Assembly: GCA_964632315.1 (NCBI GenBank)
Contig: CAZWEM010000044.1
Coordinates: forward strand, 1-41,750
Origin: an uncultured archaeon
Lineage (GTDB): Archaea; Asgardarchaeota; Lokiarchaeia; Sigyniarchaeales; SOKP01
DNA: 41,750 bases
Direction of reading: 5' to 3'
Shown here: one piece after another, positions 29,111-38,609 of the stretch
Layout of the letters: the number at the start of each line of letters is the position of its first letter
Numbering within the stretch: the stretch's first letter is position 1
Notes under the pieces: model-generated
The model's database searches: none
What the model was told of the DNA's origin: nothing
Seen by the model: the letters and a program-made list of their open reading frames with translations, nothing else
Translations under genes and position numbers: made by a program

Positions 29111-30193
29111 ATGGTTGAAGAAGAATTTGAAAAAGAAGTATTCGATGAAATAGAAATTGATGAGCAAAAATCGCGTAAAATCAATTATTTTGAAAAATTT
29201 TTACCTCTTTGGGTCGGGATTTGTATAATAATAGGATTAGCTCTTTCTCAATTTATTCCTCGGATTAGCCAAGTGATTGATTCATTACAGATTGGAGGCA
29301 TCTCAATTCCTATCGGTATTTGTTTATTTTTAATGATGTATCCTGCCATGCTTAACATACAAGCATCTGAATTGAAAAAATTAGGAAAAAATCCAAAACC
29401 AATAATTTTGACTTTAGTTTCAAATTGGCTTGTAGCACCTTTCGTTGGTTTAGCCATGGCTTCTATATTTCTTCCGGGAAATTCTGGAGCGATGAGACAG
29501 TTAACAGTCGCTGTCATATTATTATCTAGTTCACCTTGTACTGCTATGGTTTTAGTCTGGGGTTGGATGGCAAAAGGTAATCAAGAACAAAATGTGGTAA
29601 ATACAAGTTTAAACACGGTTACTATAATCTTTGGTTATGTTGGAATGGTTTCGCTTTTAACGGGGATTAAAAATATTCCAATAGACATTTGGCTTTTATT
29701 AATTTCCTTAATCATCTTTATAGGACTTCCATTATTTCTAGGAATCATCTCTAAGAAGCTTATTGTTACGAAAAGGGGTATAAATTGGTTTAATGATTCA
29801 TATCGACCTGCTGTTGGTAAGATCTCAATATTTGCACTTCTCGTGACTTTGATTGTCTTATTTTCATTAAACGGAGATGCTTTACTTAATAATCCTGATT
29901 TACTAGTCTTAGTTTCCATCCCTCTCTTAGTTGGTTTTTTAATTGTTGTTGGATATAATGTTCTTGTGACCAAAATATTCAAATTGAAATACAAAGAAGC
30001 TGTAATCACAGTTATAATTGGTTCATCAAGTCATTTTGAAATTGCTATAGCAACAGCAATCACTATGTTTGGTATTGGTTCCGTGGCGGCATTAGGTACT
30101 ACGATGGGGCTTTTTTGGGAAGTCCCTGTAATGCTTTCAATAGTATATTTAGGTAGATACCTGGGCAAAACTGGTTTTTGGAAATCAGATTAA
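29111..30193 (+). CDS. acr3: Arsenite efflux transporter Acr3 (ATG 29111; ORF track uses TTG 29102)
   Basis: FEKFLPLWV, LMMYPAM, NWLVAP, PCTAMVLVW, S.HFE.AIA.AI..FG and EVPVML motifs. Confidence 0.93.
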   Translation: MVEEEFEKEVFDEIEIDEQKSRKINYFEKFLPLWVGICIIIGLALSQFIPRISQVIDSLQIGGISIPIGICLFLMMYPAMLNIQASELKKLGKNPKPIILTLVSNWLVAPFVGLAMASIFLPGNSGAMRQLTVAVILLSSSPCTAMVLVWGWMAKGNQEQNVVNTSLNTVTIIFGYVGMVSLLTGIKNIPIDIWLLLISLIIFIGLPLFLGIISKKLIVTKRGINWFNDSYRPAVGKISIFALLVTLIVLFSLNGDALLNNPDLLVLVSIPLLVGFLIVVGYNVLVTKIFKLKYKEAVITVIIGSSSHFEIAIATAITMFGIGSVAALGTTMGLFWEVPVMLSIVYLGRYLGKTGFWKSD

Positions 30194-30239
30194 AATACCA
30201 TTAGTACAGAACATAATTAAACATTAGAAGTGGAATGTA

Positions 30240-31892
30240 ATGGCAGTAACGTATATGAAAAGGTTAGAAGAAGAACCTGACACCTATGATGAAAAGTTTA
30301 CGAATTTAACTAAAGGCATAAATCTTGAAGTATTTGAATGGATTTTAGGAAATTTAGATGACGATGATAGCTCTATACTAGAGGTAGGATGTGGAACTGG
30401 AAAATTATCAGCAAATATCGCACATAGTTCGAAAAGAAATGTGATTGCAATAGATCAGAATATTGAAATGATTAATCATGCTATGAAAGAATATCCAACT
30501 GAAATTGAGGGAACACTCCTTTACCAATTAGGAAGTTTCAAAGATCTCCCAGTGAATGAGAATTCTCAAGATATGATAATAAGCACATTCATGATATCCG
30601 AGTTAAGACCATTAGAACAACAAATTTTCCTTCGAAACGCATGGCAAGTACTGAAACCTGGGGGGAAGCTAATTATTGCAGCAGAATTTGTTCCCATGAG
30701 TATTTGGCGGTTAGGTTTTAAAATCAAGCGCTGGAGATTTAAAAAGAAATTGAGAAGGTTAAAAATAAAATCAACTAAACTAGTTAAATACTTTTTGGAT
30801 TACATAGAACCAATCGGATTCAACATAATCAAGAAAAGAGAATGGAAACATGGTTCTATCCAAGTTCTCGAGTTGGTGAAGAATCATAAGATTTCTTCAA
30901 AACCTGGTTATTATAAACCTCTACAGAAAAAATATATGGGAATTTCATCACAATTGAGAATTTATAGGTGTACATTAACAGGACAAGTCGATAGAGTTCC
31001 CATTCAACCCGGTATATATCAATCTGGAAACCCTAACAGATCTTCACCTGTTTTGGTCACCGCTAATTATGATTTTACTTATATTAAATTAATGCGAGAC
31101 CTTAGGCGTATTGATGCTTGGATTCTAGTTTTAGATACTGATGGAATTAATGTATGGTGTGCCGCAAGAGGTGATGATTTTGGTAATAATCAACTCATTG
31201 AGGCTGTTGAAGCTACTGGAATTCAAAATTATGTTGATCATAAGACATTAATTTTACCTCAACTTTCTGCAGGTGGTATTTCAATACCAAAATTACCAAA
31301 ACAATTTCCGTTTAAAATAAAATATGGACCTGTTTGGTCAAAGTATTTACCTAATTATATTGACGAAAAACCATCCAAAAAGCCCGATTATATGAAATTA
31401 GCTAAGTTTAATTTGTATCATCGAATACGAGCTGGAACCACACACACGACCTTTTTGTTAAGAAAAATTTTCATTTATCCATTATTACTCGCATTTATAG
31501 GATTAATATCTTCTCTTTACTGGACTAATAAACTTACGTGGCTGGTTTACTTTTTATCTTGGATAATCATTTCAAATGGAATCATCGCAATACTATTTCC
31601 ATTATCTAATTTCACGAGAAAATTCATATTAAAGGGAACATTTTTTGGCATATTGAATTTGATCTTACTTGGAGCTATAACAATGCTTTTTCATCAATCA
31701 ATACTATTTACAATTCTTAATTTACCATTTATCTATTGGGTTTCATTCTTTTCAACAATGTCCTTTAGTGGGTATACTATGGCAACCGCTCCAAGAGAGA
31801 TCCAGGGAGAATACCCCACATTCAAGAAGATAGATAAGATCTTAATGATTATTGCGATAATTTGTACAATAATTGGTATATTAATTTATTAA
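30240..31892 (+). CDS. Class I SAM methyltransferase fused to an HgcA-like corrinoid domain and transmembrane domain
   Basis: N-terminal ILEVGCGTG...VLKPGGKL. Central PG.Y..G.P...SPVLVTANY..T, WILVLDT.GINVWCAARG, LILPQLSA.G and YGPV. C-terminal transmembrane helices with an F.G.T..T....I..E motif. Confidence 0.88.
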   Translation: MAVTYMKRLEEEPDTYDEKFTNLTKGINLEVFEWILGNLDDDDSSILEVGCGTGKLSANIAHSSKRNVIAIDQNIEMINHAMKEYPTEIEGTLLYQLGSFKDLPVNENSQDMIISTFMISELRPLEQQIFLRNAWQVLKPGGKLIIAAEFVPMSIWRLGFKIKRWRFKKKLRRLKIKSTKLVKYFLDYIEPIGFNIIKKREWKHGSIQVLELVKNHKISSKPGYYKPLQKKYMGISSQLRIYRCTLTGQVDRVPIQPGIYQSGNPNRSSPVLVTANYDFTYIKLMRDLRRIDAWILVLDTDGINVWCAARGDDFGNNQLIEAVEATGIQNYVDHKTLILPQLSAGGISIPKLPKQFPFKIKYGPVWSKYLPNYIDEKPSKKPDYMKLAKFNLYHRIRAGTTHTTFLLRKIFIYPLLLAFIGLISSLYWTNKLTWLVYFLSWIIISNGIIAILFPLSNFTRKFILKGTFFGILNLILLGAITMLFHQSILFTILNLPFIYWVSFFSTMSFSGYTMATAPREIQGEYPTFKKIDKILMIIAIICTIIGILIY

Positions 31893-31930
31893 ATCAAATA
31901 TTATAAAATTAGAAAAAAAGGTGGTAAATA

Positions 31931-32236
31931 ATGACAGAAATGAAAGAAAATACGTGCTGTACTCCCACTACAATCATTCAACTTCCAAAAATTTGGGTAA
32001 ACGAATCGATATGTACTGGTTGCGGATTATGTGCAGAAGTTTGTCCATTTGGGCTCCCTCAAATGAGAAAGAATGGAAAATATGGCATTTCTGACGTAAA
32101 TTCTTGCACCGAATGCAGTGCTTGTCAAAGAAATTGCCCAGTTGCTGCTATCACTTTATCTGAGCAAAAAGGATGTGGATGTCTTTGGGATGCCCGATAT
32201 CGAATAAAGAATAATAATAAATCCTGTTGTGGATAA
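31931..32236 (+). CDS. 2x[4Fe-4S] ferredoxin, HgcB-like, with extra terminal Cys pairs
   Basis: CTGCGLCAEVCP, CTECSACQRNCP, GCGC and C-terminal SCCG; directly after the hgcA-like gene. Confidence 0.88.
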   Translation: MTEMKENTCCTPTTIIQLPKIWVNESICTGCGLCAEVCPFGLPQMRKNGKYGISDVNSCTECSACQRNCPVAAITLSEQKGCGCLWDARYRIKNNNKSCCG

Positions 32237-32252
32237 AAGAGGCGAGTGAATT

Positions 32253-32582
32253 TTGGACGAACTAAATGAAATTAAACGAAAAAATGTATCTGCAGATACT
32301 CATACTGAAAATCTAGAGCCCTCAAAACTTCAAGTTGATATTTATGTGCCCCTAAATGCTTGTGCTTGTGAATGGTCACAGTTTATGAACTTGATTTTTT
32401 CTGCAATAACACCCTACATTAAGTGTATTAAACATGAAACGAAATCATTGGATTCCGAGGAAGCTAGGGAAATGGGATTATTCAATAAATGTGTATTAAT
32501 CGATAGAGAAAAAAGATATACCACATCATATGCTCTTAAACGAGATCTGCCAAATATATTGAAGGAAAAAGGATTACTATAA
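32253..32582 (+). CDS. Small CxC protein, possibly thioredoxin-like fold
   Basis: VDIYVPLNACACEW pattern; lies in the same operon. Confidence 0.65.
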   Translation: MDELNEIKRKNVSADTHTENLEPSKLQVDIYVPLNACACEWSQFMNLIFSAITPYIKCIKHETKSLDSEEAREMGLFNKCVLIDREKRYTTSYALKRDLPNILKEKGLL

Positions 32583-32605
32583 TCATTCAGAAAAGGGGTG
32601 AAATT

Positions 32606-32962
32606 ATTAAAAAAATTAATTTTGATATAAGCATTCCAATACAAGGTCTCCAAAAAGGCAAAAAATTCACGGTTCGAGTTAATGATGATGCAACAATTAT
32701 AGAAGCACTCGCACTGGTTGATAAAATGGATCATGAGAATCCAAGCAATTCGATTTTTCCCTTATATGATGGATATATCCATAATTATTTGCAGTTATTT
32801 ATAAATCTTGAAACCGAAGAATTTTATGATGATGTTGGAATATCTGCTTATGGACCCGATAAAAATGGATTCATGCGGAAGTTCAATCCTATCCGAGACA
32901 ACATTCATTTCATCTTATATCCAGATAGCTCAATCCAACTCCAACCAGATGTGGGATGTTGA
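32606..32962 (+). CDS. Putative beta-grasp (MoaD/ubiquitin-like) protein ending in Gly-Cys; probable ATT start
   Basis: The frame of ORF 32726..32962 is open upstream (IKKINFDISIP...KKFTVRVNDDATIIEALALVD) behind a GGGGTGA site; the C-terminus is ILYPDSSIQLQPDVGC*. Confidence 0.6.
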   Translation: MKKINFDISIPIQGLQKGKKFTVRVNDDATIIEALALVDKMDHENPSNSIFPLYDGYIHNYLQLFINLETEEFYDDVGISAYGPDKNGFMRKFNPIRDNIHFILYPDSSIQLQPDVGC

Positions 32963-33234
32963 TGAGAAAAAGTGAAAAGTCGACTGAATTTTAGCAAATT
33001 TAAAACATTAATACGAAAAAAATTCGGTAAAAACAATGAATACTTTGCTCATTATCTTAAAAAATCATGAAATTTAAGCTATCGAATGATCTCTTTCAGA
33101 AATTTTAGTGAATGAGTGACAAAAGGATTGCGTCCTTAATGCTTAAAAAAAATCCATTATGAAATTTAGTGTTCTTTGTATAAAAAATAATATTAATCTT
33201 AAAATAGGGTATTCATGCTTATATTTTTGTAAAG

Positions 33235-34188
33235 ATGGATTCTTTTACTCATTTTTTAATAGGCCTCTTAATAAGTAGCTTTGCACTCAATCGTTTTGGA
33301 ATCGGCATGGTGCTTTATTTGAGCATTATGGCCATAACTCCTGATTTTGATGTGATTTTTGAGTCGTTTAAGTTCATACGTCGACATGTAAATTTAGCAC
33401 ATAAGGGTATATCACATTCTTATGTATTCGCGGTCGCAATCACAGCGATGACGGGGGTTATATTCTCATTTTTTACACAAATACCTTTTTTATATGTTTG
33501 GCCACTTGGTTTTTTGTTTTACTCTCTGCATATTACCTTAGATTTCTTAGCAGCATCGAAAACACCGATATTTTATCCAATCTCCAAAAAAAGATATCGT
33601 TTTTTCATCGATCGGGCAATAAACTTTTACATGTTATTAATCTCCTTCAGTATTATGTTATCATACGTGATAATATTTTTTGTTTGGCCAACATTTAATC
33701 TTATTGTATTTTCCTATTATGTAAGTGGATTTTATATAGTTTACTTTGCATGGCGTATAGCAATGAAAGTATATTTTAAGATTAAGCTACCTGCTTCACA
33801 TAGTTTCATACCTGGAATTACTCCCTTTACATATTATATCTATTCCACTAACACGAAAAACGAGGAGAAACATTTTATACTTGTTAAAAAAAGGATTTTT
33901 TCATCCAATTCCAGAACACTATTCGATTCAAAACTCAAATTGAATTCAGTTCAAGCAATTTTTTATGAAAGATCATTAGACTTAGCTGGAGATTATGCTT
34001 TTTTTTCCAAATGGGAAGATAAGATACCTATTATCACTGAATATGATAGTACCATAAACGTTACGATTTTACTAGCCGAAAGCTATTTTCGAAATTCAGG
34101 TTATGGGTTTCAAGCAAATTTTGACCTCAAGTCAAATGCATTAGTTAACAAATCTGAAGGATTTAATCTTCATTTGAAAATGAGTTAG
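33235..34188 (+). CDS. Membrane-bound metal-dependent hydrolase (YdjM/DUF457-like)
   Basis: MDSFTH, PDFD, HKGISHS and SLH..LD.L motifs. Confidence 0.87.
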   Translation: MDSFTHFLIGLLISSFALNRFGIGMVLYLSIMAITPDFDVIFESFKFIRRHVNLAHKGISHSYVFAVAITAMTGVIFSFFTQIPFLYVWPLGFLFYSLHITLDFLAASKTPIFYPISKKRYRFFIDRAINFYMLLISFSIMLSYVIIFFVWPTFNLIVFSYYVSGFYIVYFAWRIAMKVYFKIKLPASHSFIPGITPFTYYIYSTNTKNEEKHFILVKKRIFSSNSRTLFDSKLKLNSVQAIFYERSLDLAGDYAFFSKWEDKIPIITEYDSTINVTILLAESYFRNSGYGFQANFDLKSNALVNKSEGFNLHLKMS

Positions 34189-34221
34189 ATAATTAAAATA
34201 AAAAAAATAATTTGTTTAAAA

Positions 34222-35613
34222 TTAAGGATTGAAATCCCAACCCGCCCAATCAGGATCTCCTTTTGGAGTTAAATAAAATCCTGTTGCGATCGAATCGGGA
34301 TAAACAGCACCGAAAGAAGGAACTACCGCTTTAGTTCCTCCAGCTTGCCACTGAACAAACAAGGTATATCCAAAAGGATATCCTTCGTAGACATCATGTT
34401 CTCGGGTAAAAGCAGCATTTCCTCCCGCTCCGACTAACGGATTATCTGGGGTAATCGTTTCTAATTGCGTGATAATCTCATCTACGTCAAACGATTGAGT
34501 TTTATTAATAGCGTCTGCATAGAGGTATATCGCATCATAACTCCCTACTGCTGTATATAGTGGTTCATGATCATATCGATCAACATATGCATCCCAGAAT
34601 GGTATTGATTTTGGTGTCTTTGCAGTTCTATAAAGAGCTTGTAATGTAGTTTCATACTCACACTTTTCACCAGAATCTTGCCAGAAGGTATCAAGTTGAG
34701 ATTGGACATCAATACCGATTACCACGAAACCTGGTTGATCTTTAGCGTAGGAGTTCATCATTAATATCCCTCCTTGGGCAGAGATAACCGGAATTAAGAT
34801 TTGGGCACCGTCTGATTGAACTTGGGCCATATATCCATTCATATCTGTTTGATCAGCGGTAATGGGATACGCTACATCTGATACTATCTGACCACCAAAT
34901 AATGGAAGGTTTTCTTTAAGTGCATCCACCAAAGGTGTTGTCCAATCTAAATCTTCGTAAAGAATACCATATTTATTAATGGTTCTATTGGCATAAGATT
35001 CACTTGATAGTGCAATTGAAGCATATCCTAAATAATAAATGATTTCTCCTCCTAATGCGGTTGAATTAATTGGCATGTCTCTGAACCAATACTTATACCT
35101 GTCGTAATTTTCACCGACATTCTCACAGAATGAATCTGTTGCTGCTCCTGATCCTATAAAGGGAATTTTGGCATCCATGACGGTTTCTAAATAAACGTCA
35201 AGAGATTCCGTTCGAAAACCGCCTGTAAGGAATTGAACTCTTTTATAATTAATGATTCTCTCAGCGGCAGCTACACCTTTCGTGGTGTCTAAATTCGGAT
35301 TAGATTCATCGGTGTCTTCTGCCGTGATTCCGATATAATATGTTTTCCCATTAACAACTAACCCACCAGCTTGATTTATTTCATATGCAGCTAATTGGGC
35401 TCCTTCTAATTGACCCGCTCCTTGAATATCATAAAGGCCTCCTAAAACACCCATCCTAATTATTTGATCTTCGGTAATATCTGATGGAGCACCTGGAGCA
35501 TCTTTTGCCCCCCAAGAATATGGTGCTACGAAGATCCATACAGTAATTCCAACACCTACACCAATAACCGCAATTAAAACGATCGCTAGAATTCTTTTTG
35601 TTAATCGTTCCAT
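34222..35613 (-). CDS. livK: Branched-chain amino acid-type ABC transporter substrate-binding protein
   Basis: N-terminal transmembrane anchor, GAQLAAYEINQAGG, GGFRTE, YWFR and YDAIY.YADAI; divergent from the permeases. Confidence 0.88.
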   Translation of the reverse strand: MERLTKRILAIVLIAVIGVGVGITVWIFVAPYSWGAKDAPGAPSDITEDQIIRMGVLGGLYDIQGAGQLEGAQLAAYEINQAGGLVVNGKTYYIGITAEDTDESNPNLDTTKGVAAAERIINYKRVQFLTGGFRTESLDVYLETVMDAKIPFIGSGAATDSFCENVGENYDRYKYWFRDMPINSTALGGEIIYYLGYASIALSSESYANRTINKYGILYEDLDWTTPLVDALKENLPLFGGQIVSDVAYPITADQTDMNGYMAQVQSDGAQILIPVISAQGGILMMNSYAKDQPGFVVIGIDVQSQLDTFWQDSGEKCEYETTLQALYRTAKTPKSIPFWDAYVDRYDHEPLYTAVGSYDAIYLYADAINKTQSFDVDEIITQLETITPDNPLVGAGGNAAFTREHDVYEGYPFGYTLFVQWQAGGTKAVVPSFGAVYPDSIATGFYLTPKGDPDWAGWDFNP

Positions 35614-35835
35614 TTTATTTCGTCACTTTTTTGTAGATTTAAGTTTAACAAGTACTATTTCGGATAAACATCTATTTAAAGCTTTAGATATTTTTTCCCA
35701 TTTTTCGATGCTATTTTACGTACGTATATAAGCTTATTATATAGGAGAAGCTTTTTATAGAATGAACTCCAAAATTATGCATTAAATGAGAAATTTTGGT
35801 AGTACAATTCCACTTACAAATGGTGAATATATAAA

Positions 35836-36705
35836 ATGATTGAGGATTTAGTAAGTTTTATTATTTTTGGCATTATACAAGGTTCCATTTATGCTTTATT
35901 AGCTATGGGATTTTCATTAGTATATGGAGTAGGTGGAATCTTAAATCAAGCTCATGGGGCGTTTTATGTAATTGCAATGTATATTTTTTATGCAAGCTTC
36001 ATAAATATTGCTGAATATGGCTTACTCGTTGGGATGATTTTAGCAATAATTTTTACTCCTCTGGTAGGTGGATTGATTTATCTTTTGTTGATAAAACCAC
36101 TTAAAGACAGCCATGTAGGTGTTGTGATTGTTACTTTTGCTTTTGCATTCTTTACTGAACAACTTGTAAGAATTATTGTAGATGCAAAATATCATGATAT
36201 GCCTCATCTTGTACCTGGACTTTTTACTTTTTTTGGAGTTAATATACCTTATCATTATCTCTTAATTATTATTGTCTCAATATCTTTACTTTTTATCATT
36301 ACCTTATTTATCAACAAATCCAAATTAGGAAAATCGATCAGGGCTGTCGCTCAAGATTCAGAGGCTGCTTCATTGATGGGAATTAATGTTAATAAAATTT
36401 TAGCCTATACTCTCATGATTTCTGCCTTTCTAGCAGCAGTTGCGGCCATTTTAAATGTTCCAGTTGCTACGGTAGCTCCACAAGTTGGATGGACCATTCT
36501 TCTTAATTCATTTGCAATCGTAGTGTTAGGTGGTCTTGGAAGCACCTCAGGAAGTGTAATAGGAGCGTACATAATTGCGTTTGCAAGAAGTTATACAAAT
36601 TATTTTCTAAGTCCAGTCTTAAGTGCATTAATTCCAATTATAATCATCGTATTAGTCCTCGTTTTGAGACCGAGAGGATTGTTAGGTAAAAAAGAGATAG
36701 TTTAA
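35836..36705 (+). CDS. livH: Liv-type ABC transporter permease
   Basis: GSIYALLAMGFSLVYGV.GILN.AHG, G..IRAVAQD.EAA.LMGIN and VVLGGLGS..G motifs. Confidence 0.92.
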   Translation: MIEDLVSFIIFGIIQGSIYALLAMGFSLVYGVGGILNQAHGAFYVIAMYIFYASFINIAEYGLLVGMILAIIFTPLVGGLIYLLLIKPLKDSHVGVVIVTFAFAFFTEQLVRIIVDAKYHDMPHLVPGLFTFFGVNIPYHYLLIIIVSISLLFIITLFINKSKLGKSIRAVAQDSEAASLMGINVNKILAYTLMISAFLAAVAAILNVPVATVAPQVGWTILLNSFAIVVLGGLGSTSGSVIGAYIIAFARSYTNYFLSPVLSALIPIIIIVLVLVLRPRGLLGKKEIV

Positions 36706-36726
36706 TCATCAAAAGAGGTAATTAAA

Positions 36727-37833
36727 TTGTTAGAAAAATTTGTCGAGAAAATAAATGGCGTTCCAGCGTATTTACGAGACTGGATTAATACATTTAGAGG
36801 AAAATTAACAATTATCTGCTTAATAGGGCTAATCTTGCTACCACTTGCCAATCCAGGCCCTTACATTTTAGGGATATTTGCTACTTTCATGATCTATACT
36901 ATTTTTGCCGCAAGTTGGGATTTTTTAGCTGGTTTTGTGGGACAAGTAAGTTTTGGTCAGGCCATATTCTTAGGCATTGCGGGATATGTCACCGCATATA
37001 TAATGAAATATATTCCACTAGCATATTGGGATTTTACTTCATTTAATTGGGTTGTACTTGCGGATCCAATGCCTTGGTGGATAGCGCTGCTTATAGGAGC
37101 CATAATTGCCGTACTTTTTGGATTGATTATTGGTGTTCCAGCGTTGAGGCTAAAGGGGCCCTATCTCGCATTGGGAACGCTCGCCATGAGTTTAATTCTT
37201 TATAACCTTTTCTTAATGGGGCAATTAGGAATACTATGGGAAAATGCTTTTGGGACTGAACTCTTTGGTACTGATGGTTTAGGACAAGTTCCTCCAATTT
37301 CTTCGAATTCTACAATCCAATATTTAATGATTTTTCTCATTATGTGCGCATCTATACTAGTTATGACTCATATTGTGAAGTCAAACACGGGAACTTTGTT
37401 TAAAGCAATAAGAGATGATGAGACTGGAGCAACAGCATCAGGAATTAATACAACTAAATATAAAATTTTAGCATTTATGATAAGCGGATTTTTTGCTGGA
37501 ATTGCAGGGGGATTATATGCTCTACGTTTTAGTGGAGTAAATCCCGGGTTATTTCAGCCCCTCTATTCATTTTATGCAATAATAATGGCTGCAATAGGGG
37601 GTCTTGCTACAATATCGGGGGCAGCTTTAGGGGCATTTCTTTTTGTATTTCTTGGTGAAATATTGAGATTACTAGGAGATATTCCTGCTCTCGATGTTTT
37701 TGGAGGTTTCACGGAACCAATTTTCATTTTTTCAATATTATTAATAGTAATTATAAGGTTTGCTGAGCATGGTTTATTACAACCTGTTTTAGAACGAATA
37801 CAGGACGTTTGGGATTTATTATTGGGGAGATAA
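36727..37833 (+). CDS. livM: Liv-type ABC transporter permease
   Basis: GFVGQVSFGQA.F.G, LRLKGPYLALGTL and AIRDDE..A..SGIN...YK motifs. Confidence 0.92.
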   Translation: MLEKFVEKINGVPAYLRDWINTFRGKLTIICLIGLILLPLANPGPYILGIFATFMIYTIFAASWDFLAGFVGQVSFGQAIFLGIAGYVTAYIMKYIPLAYWDFTSFNWVVLADPMPWWIALLIGAIIAVLFGLIIGVPALRLKGPYLALGTLAMSLILYNLFLMGQLGILWENAFGTELFGTDGLGQVPPISSNSTIQYLMIFLIMCASILVMTHIVKSNTGTLFKAIRDDETGATASGINTTKYKILAFMISGFFAGIAGGLYALRFSGVNPGLFQPLYSFYAIIMAAIGGLATISGAALGAFLFVFLGEILRLLGDIPALDVFGGFTEPIFIFSILLIVIIRFAEHGLLQPVLERIQDVWDLLLGR

Positions 37834-37868
37834 TTTAATAGAATAAAAATAAAATGAGATGAAGTAAT

Positions 37869-38609
37869 TTGGGTGTAATTTTAGAGGTTAAAAACATAAC
37901 CAAGAAATTTTCTGGTCTAACAGCTGTAAATGATATGAGTTTTGAAATTCATCGAGGAGAATTCGTTGGTTTGATTGGACCTAATGGAGCAGGTAAAACT
38001 ACTCTATTCAATCTTATTTCTGGGATGGACAAACCAACATCAGGAACAATTAGATTTGATGGAAGAGATATTACTGGATTTAGCATGAATAAAATAGTTA
38101 ATTTAGGTATCGCAAGAACCTTTCAATTAGTTAGATCATTTAAATTCATGTCAATATTGGATAATGTTGAAGTGTCCTGTTTATCTCCAAGAGGAAAGAA
38201 GTTAGCAAAGCAATATGGAATTGATGAGTATGCCAGTACCATTTTGGCAGCAACGGGTTTGGTTGATAAAGCAAGAATTCCTCCTGTAATTCTTCCTCAT
38301 GGCGATTTAAGAAAATTACAAATAGCAAAAGCTCTTGGTACCAATCCTCAGATGTTATTATTAGACGAGCCTTTCAGTGGATTGACTCATGAAGAACAAG
38401 AAGGTATAACAGATGTCATCAATAAACTACATGATGATGGAGTAACAATATTTATGACTGGTCATGTCTTACGAGAACTGATGCACTTAGTTCCGAGGGT
38501 TATAGCAATGGTTCAAGGTAAATTTGTGATGGAAGGCCCCCCAAGAGATGTAGCAAATAATAAAATAGTATTAGAAGCATATTTAGGAAAAGGTGAAGGA
38601 CTTGCTTGA
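37869..38609 (+). CDS. livG: Liv-type ABC transporter ATP-binding protein
   Basis: GPNGAGKTT, GIARTFQ, LLLDEP.SGL and V.EAYLG motifs. Confidence 0.93.
   Translation: MGVILEVKNITKKFSGLTAVNDMSFEIHRGEFVGLIGPNGAGKTTLFNLISGMDKPTSGTIRFDGRDITGFSMNKIVNLGIARTFQLVRSFKFMSILDNVEVSCLSPRGKKLAKQYGIDEYASTILAATGLVDKARIPPVILPHGDLRKLQIAKALGTNPQMLLLDEPFSGLTHEEQEGITDVINKLHDDGVTIFMTGHVLRELMHLVPRVIAMVQGKFVMEGPPRDVANNKIVLEAYLGKGEGLA

Noticed and set aside
30240-31892. Assigning the symbol hgcA or arsM
   Set aside because: The cap-helix motif deviates (AARG versus AAGK), the protein is a fusion, and the methyltransferase domain lacks the multiple conserved Cys of ArsM.
32957-33120. TGT-TGA-TGA end as a Cys-Sec motif with a downstream SECIS
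   Set aside because: I could not fold a convincing SECIS by eye, and a tandem stop is the simpler reading. A SECIS search and ortholog alignment would settle it.
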